From contig OY760647.1 of the NCBI GenBank assembly GCA_963663885.1, forward strand, positions 3,617,256 to 3,681,255: a DNA stretch of 64,000 nucleotides, in the 5' to 3' direction. This DNA is from Caldilineaceae bacterium (GTDB taxonomy: Bacteria > Chloroflexota > Anaerolineae > Caldilineales > Caldilineaceae). The notes under the pieces were generated by a model, which worked only from the letters and a program-made list of their open reading frames with translations, did no database searches and was not told the DNA's origin. Position 1 is the first letter of the stretch, and the number at the start of each line of letters is the position of its first letter. Position numbers and translations under genes: made by a program. This document shows, one piece after another, positions 19,974-30,659 of this stretch.

Positions 19974-21194
19974 ATGAGCGGTTTGCTGTCACCCGACGTC
20001 TCTCGATCCAAGTCCCTGCTCGCGCGTTCGGACGAACTCCTGGTGCGCGGGTGCCAGGGCCACAAGCGCAGCCACGACATGATTGCCCGCGGCTACCCGG
20101 TCTTTACCCGCGAGGCCCGGGGCGCCCGGTTCACGGATGCGGACGGCAACGAGTACATCGACTACCTGCTGGCCTACGGCCCAATCCTGTTGGGACACGG
20201 CGACCCGGCCGTGCAGGAGGCGATCGCGGCCCAGATGGAGCAGGGCACGATTTACACCACTGCCTGGGAAAGGGAGGTGGAGGTTGCGGAGAAGCTGATC
20301 GAGGCGATTCCGTTCGCGGAGATGCTGGGGTTCGTGATTGGCGGCAGTGCCGCCACCGCGGGCGCGGTTCTGATCGCCCGGTCCTATACCGGCAAGGATC
20401 GGGTGATTCGCAGCGGCTACCACGGCTGGCACGACTGGGCCCGGCCGGGCAGCGTGGGCGTGCCGGAACAGGTGGGCGAACTGACCACGGAAGTTCCGTA
20501 TGCCGACCTGAACGCCTTGGACGATGCGTTTCGGCAGCATCCCGGCGAATACGCCTGTGTCATCATGGAAACGGTGCGCGGCGAAGGACCGCCGGACGGC
20601 TTCCTGGACGGTTGCGTGGAGGTGGCCCACAGTCACGACGCGCTGTGCATCTTTGATGAAATCAAGGTCGGGTTCCGGGTGGCCTACGGCGGCGCGGGCC
20701 ACCACTGGGGCGCGACTCCCGACATGGCCACGTTCGGCAAGGCCTGCTGCAACGGATATCCCGGCAGCTTCATCGCGGGCTGCAAGGAGGTTCTGGGACA
20801 CCCCAAGGCCCAGGAGGCGTGGCTGGCGGCCACCTTCCACTGCGACACCCTGAGCCTGACCGCGATGGCCGCGGTCCTGGACGAGATGGAGAAGCGGGAC
20901 GGGATTGCCTACCAGTGGGAGATCGGACAGCGTCTGATCGACGGCCTGAATGCGGTAACCCGCGAACATGAAATCGGATACCGGCTGGAAGGACCCGGCC
21001 CTATGCCGTCTCCCGTGTCGGATCCCGAAGACGGGGACAGGGTTGCGGCCATGCTCCGCGGCTGTCTGGCCCGGGGCATCTACCTGCCGCCCGGCCATCC
21101 GCTGTTCTTCTCCCTGGCCCACAGCCGGGAAGACATCGACCACACCATTGCCATGGTGGCGGAATCGGCCGAGGACGTGACCCGCACCATGTGA
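19974..21194 (+). CDS. class III (GSA-aminomutase-like) PLP-dependent aminotransferase
   Basis: LAYGPILLGHGDPAV...GGSAATAGAVLIARSYTGKDRVIRSGYHGWHDW...CIFDEIKVGFR pattern of aminotransferase class III. Confidence 0.8.
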   Translation: MSGLLSPDVSRSKSLLARSDELLVRGCQGHKRSHDMIARGYPVFTREARGARFTDADGNEYIDYLLAYGPILLGHGDPAVQEAIAAQMEQGTIYTTAWEREVEVAEKLIEAIPFAEMLGFVIGGSAATAGAVLIARSYTGKDRVIRSGYHGWHDWARPGSVGVPEQVGELTTEVPYADLNALDDAFRQHPGEYACVIMETVRGEGPPDGFLDGCVEVAHSHDALCIFDEIKVGFRVAYGGAGHHWGATPDMATFGKACCNGYPGSFIAGCKEVLGHPKAQEAWLAATFHCDTLSLTAMAAVLDEMEKRDGIAYQWEIGQRLIDGLNAVTREHEIGYRLEGPGPMPSPVSDPEDGDRVAAMLRGCLARGIYLPPGHPLFFSLAHSREDIDHTIAMVAESAEDVTRTM

Positions 21195-21279
21195 CCCGCG
21201 GGCGCAGCCTGTACGCGTATAGGCTGTCGGGCTTGGAACCAGGCCTGCGGCCGGTCGGGTTCGGGTTGTTTACCGGATG

Positions 21280-21303
21280 CCCCCATGGCAACCGCCATGG
21301 GGG
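21280..21303. terminator. perfect 10-bp-stem hairpin between convergent genes (candidate bidirectional terminator)
   Basis: cccccatggc-aacc-gccatggggg, located between aminotransferase stop (21194) and glcB stop (21420); no clear U-tract. Confidence 0.4.
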
Positions 21304-21419
21304 ATGAGGTTCCGCTGTTCGCCGGATGCCCGCAAGGGCTCGGTCCGGGCCTTCGAGGAGTTTCAACCCGGATCGGCGGGTCTTGTCCTTCCGTCGGCAG
21401 CCGGCGGCGAGGGGTGTTC

Positions 21420-23603
21420 TCAGTTCATTCCCATGGCCAACTGGTTCTTGCGGGCTCGCCGGCGCGCGTGCAGGATCGGTTCCGTGTAGCCGTTGGGCAG
21501 GGACGTTCCCTGAAAGACCAGCTCTAGAGCCGCCTGTAGGGCCTGGCTGCCTTCCGGATCGGCGGCCATGGGTGTGTAGCCCGGTTTGCCCTCGTTCTGG
21601 CTGTCCACGACCGCCGCCATGCGCAGGAACGTTTCGTTCACCTGTTCGGGATTGGTGATGCCGTGCCGCAGCCAGTTTGCGATGTGCTGGCTGGAGATGC
21701 GGAGCGTGGCCCGATCCTCCATCAGGCCAATGCCGTTGATGTCCGGCACCTTGGAGCAGCCGACCCCTTGGTCAATCCAATGGACCACATAGCCGAGGAT
21801 GCCCTGGATGTTGTTGTCCAGTTCCTGCTGAATCGCCTCCTTGTCGGGCACATCCGACATCAAGGGCGGTGTCAGGATGTGATTGAGCGAGGCCCGGGCG
21901 CGGTTCGCCAACTCCTCCTGCTTTCCAGCCACGTCCACGACGTGGTAGTGCAGGGCGTGCAGCGTGGCGGCTGTCGGTGACGGGACCCAGGCGGTCGTGG
22001 CACCGGCTTCCGGGTGGCCGCGCTTTTGCTCGAGCATGTCAGCCATTTCGTCGGGCATGGTCCACATGCCCTTGCCGATTTGGGCTCGGCCCCGCAGTCC
22101 TGCCATCAACCCCGCGTCCACGTTCCAGTCCTCGTAGGCGGACAGCCAGGTCTGTTCCCGGATCCGTGCCTTCGGCAACATGGGCCCGGCATGCATCGAG
22201 GTGTGGATTTCGTCTCCGGTTCGATCCAGGAAGCCGGTGTTGATGAAGACCAGCCGCTCCCGCGCCTCGGCGACCGCGTTGAGGAGGTTCACCGTTGTGC
22301 GCCTCTCCTCGTCCATGATCCCCAGCTTGATGGTGTTGGCCGGGAGGTTCAGGGCTTCCTCGACCCGGCCGCACAGCGTGATGGTTGCGGCCACTTCCGC
22401 CGTGCCGTGCAGCTTGGGCTTGACCATGTAGATGCTGCCCGCGCGGGAGTTGCGGAATTCACCGGAACCCTTCAGGTCGTGCAGGGCCGCCAAGCCGCTG
22501 ATCATCAGGTCCAGGAAGCCCTCCGGGATGGCACTGCCCGATTCGTTGGTGACGCAGTCCGTGTACATGTGAAGGCCCACATTCCTGACCAGCAGCAGGC
22601 TGCGTCCGGGCAGTGTCAGGGCCGAGCCGTCGGGCGCCGTGTAGTGGCGATCCGGATTGAGCCTGCGCGTCAGGAGGCGACCTTCCTTCTCGAAGGTCGT
22701 CTCGAGGTCTCCCTTCATGATGCCGGTCCAGTTGCGGTAGACCTTGACCTTGTCCTCGCAGTCCACGGCGGCAACCGAATCCTCCATGTCCTGGATGGTG
22801 GTGACCGCCGATTCCAGCACCACATCCTTCAGGCCGGCTTGGTGCAGCTTGCCGACCGGATGTGCCGGGTCAATCTGCAGCTCCACATGCAGGCTGTTGT
22901 GAGCCAGGAGCACGGTCCGCAACGCTTCGCCGTCGGATACGAACCCCTTGAATTGGGTTGGATCCGCCAGGGATGTGTTTTCTCCATCCTCAAGGACGAC
23001 TTCCAACCCCACGGTATCGCCATCCGAACCGAGCCGGTAGTTGTGGACATCCCTGTGCGAACCCTTCAACAAGGGGAAGGCCTTGTCCAGGAACTGCTCC
23101 GCCCAGGCCACCACCGCCCCGCCCCGGGCCGGGTTGTATGCGGTGCCCTTCTCCAGTCCCTCCGCCTCCGGGATCACGTTTGTGCCGTACAGGGCGTCGT
23201 ACAGACTGCCCCAGCGTGCGTTGGCCGCGTTCAGGGCATAACGGGCGTTGTCCACCGGCACCACCAGCTGCGGGCCCGGCATGCTTGCGATTTCCGGATC
23301 CACATCGGCGGTGGCGACCGCATAGTCGTCGGTTTCCGGCTCCAAATAGCCGATTTCCTCCAGGAACTCCCTCTGCTCATCGGCCTCGAAGCCCTCGGTG
23401 CACCACTGATCGATTCGGCGCTGAAGATCGTTCCTCCGTTCGAGGAGGGTTCTGTTCAAGGGGGCCAGATCCCGAAAGATGGCAGCCAGGGAAGCCCAGA
23501 ACGCGTCCGGGTCGATGCCGGTCCCCGGTGCGATTTCATCGCGGACCAGGTGATCCAGCCGTTCGTCGATGCGAAGACCGCTGCGGGTGATGCGACTGTA
23601 CAT
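21420..23603 (-). CDS. glcB: malate synthase G
   Basis: [31 protein letters not shown]...[31 protein letters not shown] matches the malate synthase G N-terminal consensus; ~727 aa; ATG 23603 preceded by AAGGAG. Confidence 0.9.
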   Translation of the reverse strand: MYSRITRSGLRIDERLDHLVRDEIAPGTGIDPDAFWASLAAIFRDLAPLNRTLLERRNDLQRRIDQWCTEGFEADEQREFLEEIGYLEPETDDYAVATADVDPEIASMPGPQLVVPVDNARYALNAANARWGSLYDALYGTNVIPEAEGLEKGTAYNPARGGAVVAWAEQFLDKAFPLLKGSHRDVHNYRLGSDGDTVGLEVVLEDGENTSLADPTQFKGFVSDGEALRTVLLAHNSLHVELQIDPAHPVGKLHQAGLKDVVLESAVTTIQDMEDSVAAVDCEDKVKVYRNWTGIMKGDLETTFEKEGRLLTRRLNPDRHYTAPDGSALTLPGRSLLLVRNVGLHMYTDCVTNESGSAIPEGFLDLMISGLAALHDLKGSGEFRNSRAGSIYMVKPKLHGTAEVAATITLCGRVEEALNLPANTIKLGIMDEERRTTVNLLNAVAEARERLVFINTGFLDRTGDEIHTSMHAGPMLPKARIREQTWLSAYEDWNVDAGLMAGLRGRAQIGKGMWTMPDEMADMLEQKRGHPEAGATTAWVPSPTAATLHALHYHVVDVAGKQEELANRARASLNHILTPPLMSDVPDKEAIQQELDNNIQGILGYVVHWIDQGVGCSKVPDINGIGLMEDRATLRISSQHIANWLRHGITNPEQVNETFLRMAAVVDSQNEGKPGYTPMAADPEGSQALQAALELVFQGTSLPNGYTEPILHARRRARKNQLAMGMN

Positions 23604-23927
23604 GCGGGATGGTGCTCCTTGTGTGCTGACGTTCAAGGCACTGGGTTGACAAGTTTGGTGTGCAGGCCGGGCACACGGCACGCTGGGCGGTGCCGTCGGA
23701 GGGGCCCGGGCGGATCGTGCCGGGAACCTGGATGGAGGCGGGGTGTACCGGCAGGCGACCCGCGAATCTTACATTCGCCCCGAATCCTTGTTGACGCACA
23801 TCCATCGTGGTACCCATACCCGAATGGTGGGATGGTAATCCCCTACAGGCAGGGCCTGATCCAAGGCGTTGTGTCGGGACTGCAGTCGGAGAGTGGCATC
23901 TGGGAATTCGTAGGGAATGGGGAGGCT

Positions 23928-24824
23928 TCAGGTCCAGGGCCCCGAAGCCGTCCAACGTGTCGGACCGGTGTCACCGGAGGTGACAGCCGCGATGATAGGG
24001 GACAGAAACTCGGCGATCGATGCCACGATGTCCGCAAACGAGGCTGGCACATGATCCTGCTGGAGTCGGCCGCGGAATGCAGACCACAAGTTCTGCTGGT
24101 CGTCGATGAACGGCTTGGCGAATGCCCTAACCATCTGGGGTAGCGGGGTGCCTCGCTGCTCGAAGGTGAGCCTTATGGCCTCGACCAGTTCATGGCCGTC
24201 GAAATCGAACTGCCGGGACAGCAGCCAGATGTCGTAGAAGTCTTTCATCCGACTGTTCGTCGCACCCCGCTTGATCATGGCTTCGAGCTTTTCCGCGATG
24301 GTACTTTCTCGACTGTAACAGAGCATCCACGGTGCCGGGAAATCCAGTATCGCGGGGAGAGCGGCAGCAACCGGCTCGGGATACACAACGTCTCCAAAAC
24401 CGATATCGATTTGCATGCGGTGTTGTGCCTTGTCAAGAGTTACCAGAAACCGAATTCTGACCCCCTTGGCGTCTCTGGCTATGGGCCTGGTCTCGATGGT
24501 GTCCGGAGCGAAGGTTAGACCGTCCGGTTGTACCTCCACATTCAAGATATCCTGCATCAGCGCGACGATATCCGGTTCCTCGCTGCTTGTTCTGCCCAGG
24601 AGATCAATGTCCTTGGTAAGACGAAGGCCTGATGATTGCCAAACCTGCAGCATCAACGCACCCTTGAGGATGAATTGTTCTGCGTATTCGGATTGGGACA
24701 GTCGGTACAGAAACCGCTCATTGGCGAAGTACGCCAGCAATTCGTCGAAGCTCCGCTGGTCGCTTCGGGCTCGGTTGCGAAGGCGAGCCCGAACTGACGC
24801 CGGCACATTGCGGATGGATGTCAC
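23928..24824 (-). CDS. abiEii: AbiEii/AbiGii-family nucleotidyltransferase toxin (type IV TA / abortive infection)
   Basis: DUF1814-like sequence (…LLAYFANERFLYRLSQSEYAEQFILKGALMLQ…DIDLLG…); GTG 24824 overlaps antitoxin TGA (GTGA coupling). Confidence 0.75.
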   Translation of the reverse strand: MTSIRNVPASVRARLRNRARSDQRSFDELLAYFANERFLYRLSQSEYAEQFILKGALMLQVWQSSGLRLTKDIDLLGRTSSEEPDIVALMQDILNVEVQPDGLTFAPDTIETRPIARDAKGVRIRFLVTLDKAQHRMQIDIGFGDVVYPEPVAAALPAILDFPAPWMLCYSRESTIAEKLEAMIKRGATNSRMKDFYDIWLLSRQFDFDGHELVEAIRLTFEQRGTPLPQMVRAFAKPFIDDQQNLWSAFRGRLQQDHVPASFADIVASIAEFLSPIIAAVTSGDTGPTRWTASGPWT

Positions 24825-25414
24825 AGGCTGGCCTCGAGATAGGGTCGCATCACCCTTTCCACTCGGCATGCCCTGGCGTAGTCGATCAGTGTGTCAACCT
24901 CGAGCCTGTGGTACTCCCGGTAGAATTGCAGTGCTTCCAGTACGATGTCCATGCCGAGTCGGTTGCGGAACTTGAAGCAGTCGACCAGTGTCTTCTCGCG
25001 GTTGTAGACCTTGACCGCAGCACCATCGATCAGATGTGTCTCAATGCCGACTTCGTAGGATGTCTTCGAGAACCGGTGGGCTTGGACAGGAGGGTAGTCG
25101 AGTGACGGCAGACGCGCATCCCGGGGTACCGCAACGGACACTTTGCGAGGGATCTGTGTCGTAATGTCGTGGAAGGCCAGTGCGGAGACCAGGCAGAGGA
25201 CGGCGTTGGGATAGCGCAGACACACCGTAACCTGATCCGGATGACTGAGTGGCGGCAGGTCCGCCAGCCGGTAGACACCTCTGCTGATCAGCTCGACGGC
25301 ACCCCGGTCTCTCAGCGCGTAGAGCATGTAGGGGGTAATCCCGTTGCTGACGGCCTCGCTCATGCGAAGCTGGCCACCGTGTTCGCGGAAGATCGCTTCG
25401 GCACGATGCTGCAT
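24821..25414 (-). CDS. abiEi: AbiEi-family antitoxin/transcriptional regulator
   Basis: N-terminal MSEAVSNGITPYMLYALRDRGAVELISRGVYRL (AbiEi_4 wHTH) ; immediately upstream of and overlapping AbiEii. Confidence 0.75.
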   Translation of the reverse strand: MQHRAEAIFREHGGQLRMSEAVSNGITPYMLYALRDRGAVELISRGVYRLADLPPLSHPDQVTVCLRYPNAVLCLVSALAFHDITTQIPRKVSVAVPRDARLPSLDYPPVQAHRFSKTSYEVGIETHLIDGAAVKVYNREKTLVDCFKFRNRLGMDIVLEALQFYREYHRLEVDTLIDYARACRVERVMRPYLEASL

Positions 25415-25432
25415 GTCGACTCCAGATAAATC

Positions 25433-25458
25433 GTCACCACTTGTCAACAACTGGTGAC
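25433..25458. promoter_or_regulatory. inverted repeat GTCACCA-N12-TGGTGAC upstream of abiEi (candidate autoregulatory operator)
   Basis: seen 19 nt upstream of ATG 25414; AbiEi proteins are known autorepressors binding inverted repeats. Confidence 0.35.
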
Positions 25459-26054
25459 AATATAGTGGAACCGTTCTCAAGAGTCAAGGTGCCTCATGTG
25501 TCCAGGAGCGCCGAACCGGTCATCTCCGGCGCATGGGCAAACTTCGGATCGGCCCCACGTCGAGATCGTGTCTTCAATCAGCCAGGGCCTGTCGGTCCAG
25601 GTGGTTTGCGTGCATGGTGCCTTGGATCCTGGCGGTGCCGGTGCCTGCTTCCATCATGTCCATGTGCGACCGCGTCCCCCTCGTCCCCCTGTCCGCCGGG
25701 TGCCTTTCACCTCGGTGTCGAGGCGCATTGGGAGTGCCAAGACCGTTGGGCAAGGACACGGGAATGCTTGGAGGCTGACTGCAGTTCGCCGCGACAAGCC
25801 CTTTGGGTTTCCCGGTGAACAACATTGACATCGGGAGAGGGTGGCGCCATACGGTTCCGGACCACCATGGTTTCCTGGCAGTCGCCGCCGACTCCTATCG
25901 GTTGGGCACATCCGCACCGGCGATTACAATAGAAGGCAGTCCGGCCCCAACCCGAACCCCAATCCACTTGCGAACCTGGCCTCCAGCACAGGTTGTTCCG
26001 GGAGCCCCCGCAGCATTGCCGGCATCGGCAGGTTTGCAGTCCAACAGGACCATC

Positions 26055-26522
26055 ATGGAAATCACAGGTGACGTTCATCTGGAATATCCGCAGGAGGACG
26101 TGTGGCACGCCCTCATGGACCCTGAGTTCGTGGCCAAGGTGATACCGGGGTGCGACTCGCTGACCCCCAAGGACGAACCCGAAACTTTCGCGTCGGACCT
26201 GAAGATCAAGATCGGCCCCATTCAGGGCAAGTTCAAGGCGGACGTGGTGCGCCACGGCGTCGAGCCCATGGAACGGTTTGTCCTGGAAGTCAGCGCCAAG
26301 GGCCCCACCGGCTTCATGGGGGGTACGGGCCGCATCGAACTGGAACCGGACAGCGAGGGCACGGTACTGCGGTATGCCTGCACCGTCAACGTCGGCGGCC
26401 GCATTGCACGCGTCGGACAGCGTCTGGTCTCCACCGCCACCAAGACCGTCATCAACCGCAGCCTGGATGGATTCCGGGATGAACTGGATGCAGCCCTGCG
26501 GGCGCGGGTCGGAACCGAATGA
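26055..26522 (+). CDS. coxG: CoxG-like SRPBCC carbon monoxide dehydrogenase subunit G
   Basis: MEITGDVHLEYPQEDVWHALMDPEFVAKVIPGC typical CoxG N-terminus; precedes coxS/L/M. Confidence 0.75.
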   Translation: MEITGDVHLEYPQEDVWHALMDPEFVAKVIPGCDSLTPKDEPETFASDLKIKIGPIQGKFKADVVRHGVEPMERFVLEVSAKGPTGFMGGTGRIELEPDSEGTVLRYACTVNVGGRIARVGQRLVSTATKTVINRSLDGFRDELDAALRARVGTE

Positions 26523-26669
26523 AGGGAAGAGACCGCGCCTGGGCAGTGTGCCGTTTGCTTGTACGGCACCCGCATGCATGGCCGGCAACAGCGCCGTCGC
26601 GGCGGGGAGGTGAATTGACGTATTGACACGGGTAGTCGAGTTTTTGCAACCCACGAAGGGGGTTTGGTT

Positions 26670-27140
26670 ATGGGTGTGAGCATTTCCTTGAACATCAACG
26701 GTGAGGCCCGCAGTCTCGACAATGTCGAGCCGCGGCTGCTGCTGGTGGATTTGATCCGGGAGGAACTCGGTCTGACCGGCACCAACATCGGGTGCGACAC
26801 GTCGCAGTGCGGAGCCTGCACCGTCCACATGGACGGCTTGGCCGTGAAGTCCTGCACCGTACTGGCCGTCCAGGCCGACGGATCCGATGTGGTAACGATC
26901 GAAGGCATGGCCGAGGAAGGCCAGTTGACCGCCATGCAGCAGGCCTTCTGGGACGAGCACGGTCTGCAGTGTGGTTTTTGCACCCCGGGGATGATCATGG
27001 CCGGCGTCAAGTTGGTCGAGGGCAATCCGGATATCTCCGACGAGGAGATCCGGCATGGCCTGGAAGGCAACATCTGTCGCTGCACCGGGTATCAGAACAT
27101 CGTCAAGGCGATGAAAGTAGCGGCCCAGGCCGCTACCTAA
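26670..27140 (+). CDS. coxS: (2Fe-2S)-binding small subunit of xanthine dehydrogenase-family molybdoenzyme
   Basis: [12 protein letters not shown] and [11 protein letters not shown] cysteine motifs; GAAGGGGG RBS. Confidence 0.85.
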   Translation: MGVSISLNINGEARSLDNVEPRLLLVDLIREELGLTGTNIGCDTSQCGACTVHMDGLAVKSCTVLAVQADGSDVVTIEGMAEEGQLTAMQQAFWDEHGLQCGFCTPGMIMAGVKLVEGNPDISDEEIRHGLEGNICRCTGYQNIVKAMKVAAQAAT

Positions 27141-27158
27141 CGCGGAGGAGGTGAATTC

Positions 27159-29510
27159 ATGGCCAAATTCGTTGGCAAGAGTTTCAAGAGAGTTGAGGAT
27201 CCCCGCTTCCTGCAGGGGAAGGGGAAATACGTTTCCAACCTTCAGCGTCCGGGCATGGCCTATGTGGCGATCGTGCGCAGTCCGCATGCCCACGCCGAGA
27301 TCAAGGGCATCGATGCGTCGGCCGCCCTTGAACTGGACGGCGTGGTCGCCGTGTACACCGGCCAGGACCTGATTGACGGAGGCGTCGGCCAGCTGCCCTG
27401 CGGCTGGGTTGTCCCCGAGTGCAAGATCCCCGAGCGTTGGCCCGTTGAGCCGGCCCGCGCCCGTCACGTGGGGGATGCCGTGGCCGTGGTGGTGGCGGAC
27501 AGTCCCTATGTGGCCGAGGATGCCCTGGAGCTGATCGAGGTCGACTACGAGCCGCTGCCCGTGTCCGTGGGCGCGCGGGCCACGACCGAGTACCGGGCCC
27601 AGCAGATTCACGCCGAGATTCCCAACAACACGGCCTATGCCTGGGCCCTGGGGGATGAGGACGGCATGCGCCGGGCGTTTCGCGAGGCCGCACATGTCGT
27701 GGAACTGGACCTGGTCAACCAGCGGCTGATTCCCAATGCCATGGAGCCTCGGGCCTGCATGGCCGAGTGGGACAACACCACGGAGGAGATGACGGTTTGG
27801 ACCACCAGCCAGAATCCCCACCCCATTCGCCTGCTGCTGTCCGGCTTCACGCTGGGCATTCCGGAGAACAAGCTGCGGGTGATTTCGCCCGACGTGGGCG
27901 GTGGTTTCGGGAGCAAGATCTTCCACTATCCCGAGGAGATCATCGTGCCCTGGGTGGCACGCGCCATCAACCGGCCCGCGAAGTGGGTGGCCACCCGCTC
28001 CGAATCCTTCATGACCGATTCACAGGGTCGGGACCATGTGACCAACGTCCGGATGGCGATGGACGCGACGGGCACCATTACCGGCCTGCATGTGCAGACC
28101 TGGGCGGACCAGGGTGCCTACCTGTCGACGTTCGCACCCCTGATCCCCACGGCCCTTTCCATCACCCTGTTTTCCGGTCTGTACAAGATTCCGGGCATTT
28201 GGGGCGAAATGAAAGGCACGCTGACCAATACGGTGCCGGTGGATGCCTACCGGGGCGCCGGGCGGCCCGAAGCCTCCTATCTGCTGGAGCGCATCGTGGA
28301 AAAGGGAGCCCAGAAGATGGGCATGGACCCGATCGCCTTCCGGCGTCACAACCTGATTCCGGCCGACGAGTTCCCGTACCAGACGCCGGTTGCGTTCCAG
28401 TACGACAGCGGCAACTACCAGGGACTGTTCGACAAGCTGGAGGAGATATCCGGCTATGGCGATCTGCGCGAAGAGCAGAAGTCCAAGCGAGCCGAAGGCA
28501 AGCTCTGGGGCGTGGGCGTCTCGGGTTGCATTGAGGCCAGTGGCCCGGCGCCGTCCGCGGTGGCCGGCAGCCTGGGGAGTGCCGTGGGGCTTTGGGAAAG
28601 CGGCACAGTCCGTGTCCACCCTACCGGCAAGGTTACGGCCCTGACCGGTTCCCACGCACACGGCCAAGGGCACGAGACGACCTTTGCCCAGATCGTGGCG
28701 GACGAACTGAACATCCCCCTCGAGGACATCGAGGTAGTGCACGGCGATACCGGTCGCATCCCGTTCGGGATGGGCACCTACGGCAGCCGCAGCGCCGCCG
28801 TGGGCGGCAGTGCGCTGGTCCGCAGCGCCACGCGCGTCCGCGAGAAGATGACCAAGATCGCAGCCCACCAGATGGAGTCCCGGCCGGAGGATGTGTATTT
28901 CGACGACGAAACCGGAAACATCCGGGTTCGGGGCGCGACCGACGACGGGATGTCCTTCTTCGAGGTAGCGTTGGCAGCCTATACGGCTCACGATTTGCCG
29001 CCCGACATCGAACCCGGGCTGGAGGAGACGGCGTTCTTCGACCCGTCCAACTTCACCTTCCCCAACAGTGCCCACATCGCGGTGGTTTCCATTGACCGCG
29101 AGACCGGCGAAGTGATCCTGGAGAAGTACTTCGGGGTGGACGATGTGGGCAAGGTCATCAATCCGCTGATTGTGGACGGCCAACTCGTGGGCGGAGTGGC
29201 CCAAGGGGTCGGTCAGGCCCTGTGGGAGCACGGCATCTACGGTGAGGACGGTCAGCTCCTGACCGGTTCCATGATGGATTACGCCATGCCGCGGGCCGAT
29301 CGATTCCCGCACATTGAGACAGGCCGTATCGAGACCCCTTCGCCGACCAATCCCCTGGGCGTCAAGGGTGCGGGTGAAATGGGAACCATTGCCGGCACGG
29401 TCACCGTGGCCAACGCGGTGGTTGATGCTCTGGCCCCGCTGGGTGTCGACCATGTTGAGATGCCCTTCACCGCCGAGCGAATCTGGCAAACCATCCAGGC
29501 GCACAGTTAA
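27159..29510 (+). CDS. coxL: molybdopterin-binding large subunit, form II CoxL-like (AYRGAGR type)
   Basis: VPVDAYRGAGRPEASY active-site loop (form II, not the AYxCSFR of bona fide CO dehydrogenase); GGAGGAGG RBS. Confidence 0.85.
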   Translation: MAKFVGKSFKRVEDPRFLQGKGKYVSNLQRPGMAYVAIVRSPHAHAEIKGIDASAALELDGVVAVYTGQDLIDGGVGQLPCGWVVPECKIPERWPVEPARARHVGDAVAVVVADSPYVAEDALELIEVDYEPLPVSVGARATTEYRAQQIHAEIPNNTAYAWALGDEDGMRRAFREAAHVVELDLVNQRLIPNAMEPRACMAEWDNTTEEMTVWTTSQNPHPIRLLLSGFTLGIPENKLRVISPDVGGGFGSKIFHYPEEIIVPWVARAINRPAKWVATRSESFMTDSQGRDHVTNVRMAMDATGTITGLHVQTWADQGAYLSTFAPLIPTALSITLFSGLYKIPGIWGEMKGTLTNTVPVDAYRGAGRPEASYLLERIVEKGAQKMGMDPIAFRRHNLIPADEFPYQTPVAFQYDSGNYQGLFDKLEEISGYGDLREEQKSKRAEGKLWGVGVSGCIEASGPAPSAVAGSLGSAVGLWESGTVRVHPTGKVTALTGSHAHGQGHETTFAQIVADELNIPLEDIEVVHGDTGRIPFGMGTYGSRSAAVGGSALVRSATRVREKMTKIAAHQMESRPEDVYFDDETGNIRVRGATDDGMSFFEVALAAYTAHDLPPDIEPGLEETAFFDPSNFTFPNSAHIAVVSIDRETGEVILEKYFGVDDVGKVINPLIVDGQLVGGVAQGVGQALWEHGIYGEDGQLLTGSMMDYAMPRADRFPHIETGRIETPSPTNPLGVKGAGEMGTIAGTVTVANAVVDALAPLGVDHVEMPFTAERIWQTIQAHS

Positions 29511-29539
29511 CGCTGGCCGCAGTAAGGGAAGAGAGTCCT

Positions 29540-30397
29540 ATGTATCCTCCAAATTTCAATTACGTGCGAGCAGGTTCGGTGGCCGAGGCCCTGTCCCTGA
29601 TCGCGAGCGAAGACGACGCCAGATTTCTGGCAGGCGGCCACTCGCTGGTTCCTGCCATGAAGCTGCGGCTGGACGCGCCGGGAACCCTGATCGACATCGG
29701 TCGCATCGAGGACCTGCGGGGCATCGCCTACGGGTCCGGGGATGAGAACGATTGCATCGGTCCCTTGACCACGCACGCCACGATTGCCTCGTCCAACCTG
29801 GCCTCCGCCCTGGTGGAGGCGGCCGGCGGCATTGGCGATCCCCAGGTGCGCAACCGGGGCACCATCGGCGGCAACATCGCCCATGCGGATCCGGCTTCGG
29901 ATTTGCCGACCGTGCTGACAGCTCTGGGAGCGACCATTCGTGTCGAAAACTCGAGCAGTGCCCGCAACATCGAAGCCGAGAGCTTCTTCACCGGCCTTTT
30001 CGAGACCAGTCTCGGGGAGAACGAGCTGGTCACCGTCATTGCGGTGCCCCGCGAAGGAGCTGGTACCGGCTCGGCCTATGCCAAGTTGTTTAACCCGGCA
30101 TCGCGGTACGCGGTGGTGGGAGCTTGCGCCTCGGTGACCTTGAACAATGGTGTCGTGTCCCGGGCCCGCGTGGCAGTGGGTGGGTTGACCCCCATGGCCA
30201 CGCGTTGCGGCTCTGTGGAGGCTGCCCTCGAGGGCAGGTCGACGGATGCCATCAACGGGGCGTCGGCGCAGGTCGCTTCCGATGTCGGCGACGACATTCT
30301 GGAAGACATCCACGCCAGTGCGGAATATCGTCTGGGGGTAATCCCAGTGTATGTGGAACGGGCGTTGCAAGCCGCCTGTGCCCGCGCTGCCGGGTAA
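29540..30397 (+). CDS. coxM: FAD-binding medium subunit (CoxM-like)
   Basis: FLAGGHSLVPAMKLRL FAD-binding motif; AAGGGAAGAGAG RBS. Confidence 0.85.
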   Translation: MYPPNFNYVRAGSVAEALSLIASEDDARFLAGGHSLVPAMKLRLDAPGTLIDIGRIEDLRGIAYGSGDENDCIGPLTTHATIASSNLASALVEAAGGIGDPQVRNRGTIGGNIAHADPASDLPTVLTALGATIRVENSSSARNIEAESFFTGLFETSLGENELVTVIAVPREGAGTGSAYAKLFNPASRYAVVGACASVTLNNGVVSRARVAVGGLTPMATRCGSVEAALEGRSTDAINGASAQVASDVGDDILEDIHASAEYRLGVIPVYVERALQAACARAAG

Positions 30398-30436
30398 GGT
30401 TTGACGGGCTCCGGCCCGTGTAGATGCAGCAGACTG

Positions 30437-30463
30437 CCAGCCGGGTGGTGTACACCCGGCTGG
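30437..30463 (+). terminator. candidate intrinsic terminator after coxM
   Basis: ccagccgggtg-gtgta-cacccggctgg (11-bp perfect stem) 40 nt after stop, followed by ttcgttg. Confidence 0.45.
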
Positions 30464-30659
30464 TTCGTTGCAGGAGTACAGGTGAATGGCGGGCAACCGC
30501 GCAAGGGAGGCAGCCGGTTGCGTGTTTCTCGTGTGCTGAGTGTGGCGGGTCCTGGCTTGGCCGCACTGGCGTGGCCGGCACTGCTGACGACAAAACCGCC
30601 GGTTGTAACATTGGACTCCCAATTCCCGCACTATCTGTCACTATCCGCGGGGGTGACCG

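Noticed and set aside
18612-21143. 450-aa and 384-aa minus-strand ORFs (18612..19964, 19989..21143)
   Set aside because: Antisense to the Gfo/Idh/MocA and aminotransferase genes.
22014-24143. 709-aa plus-strand ORF
   Set aside because: Antisense to malate synthase G and AbiEii. No domain signal.
25707-27926. 739-aa minus-strand ORF
   Set aside because: Antisense to coxG/coxS/coxL, which have clear motifs and RBSs.
28020-29504. 494-aa minus-strand ORF
   Set aside because: Antisense to coxL.
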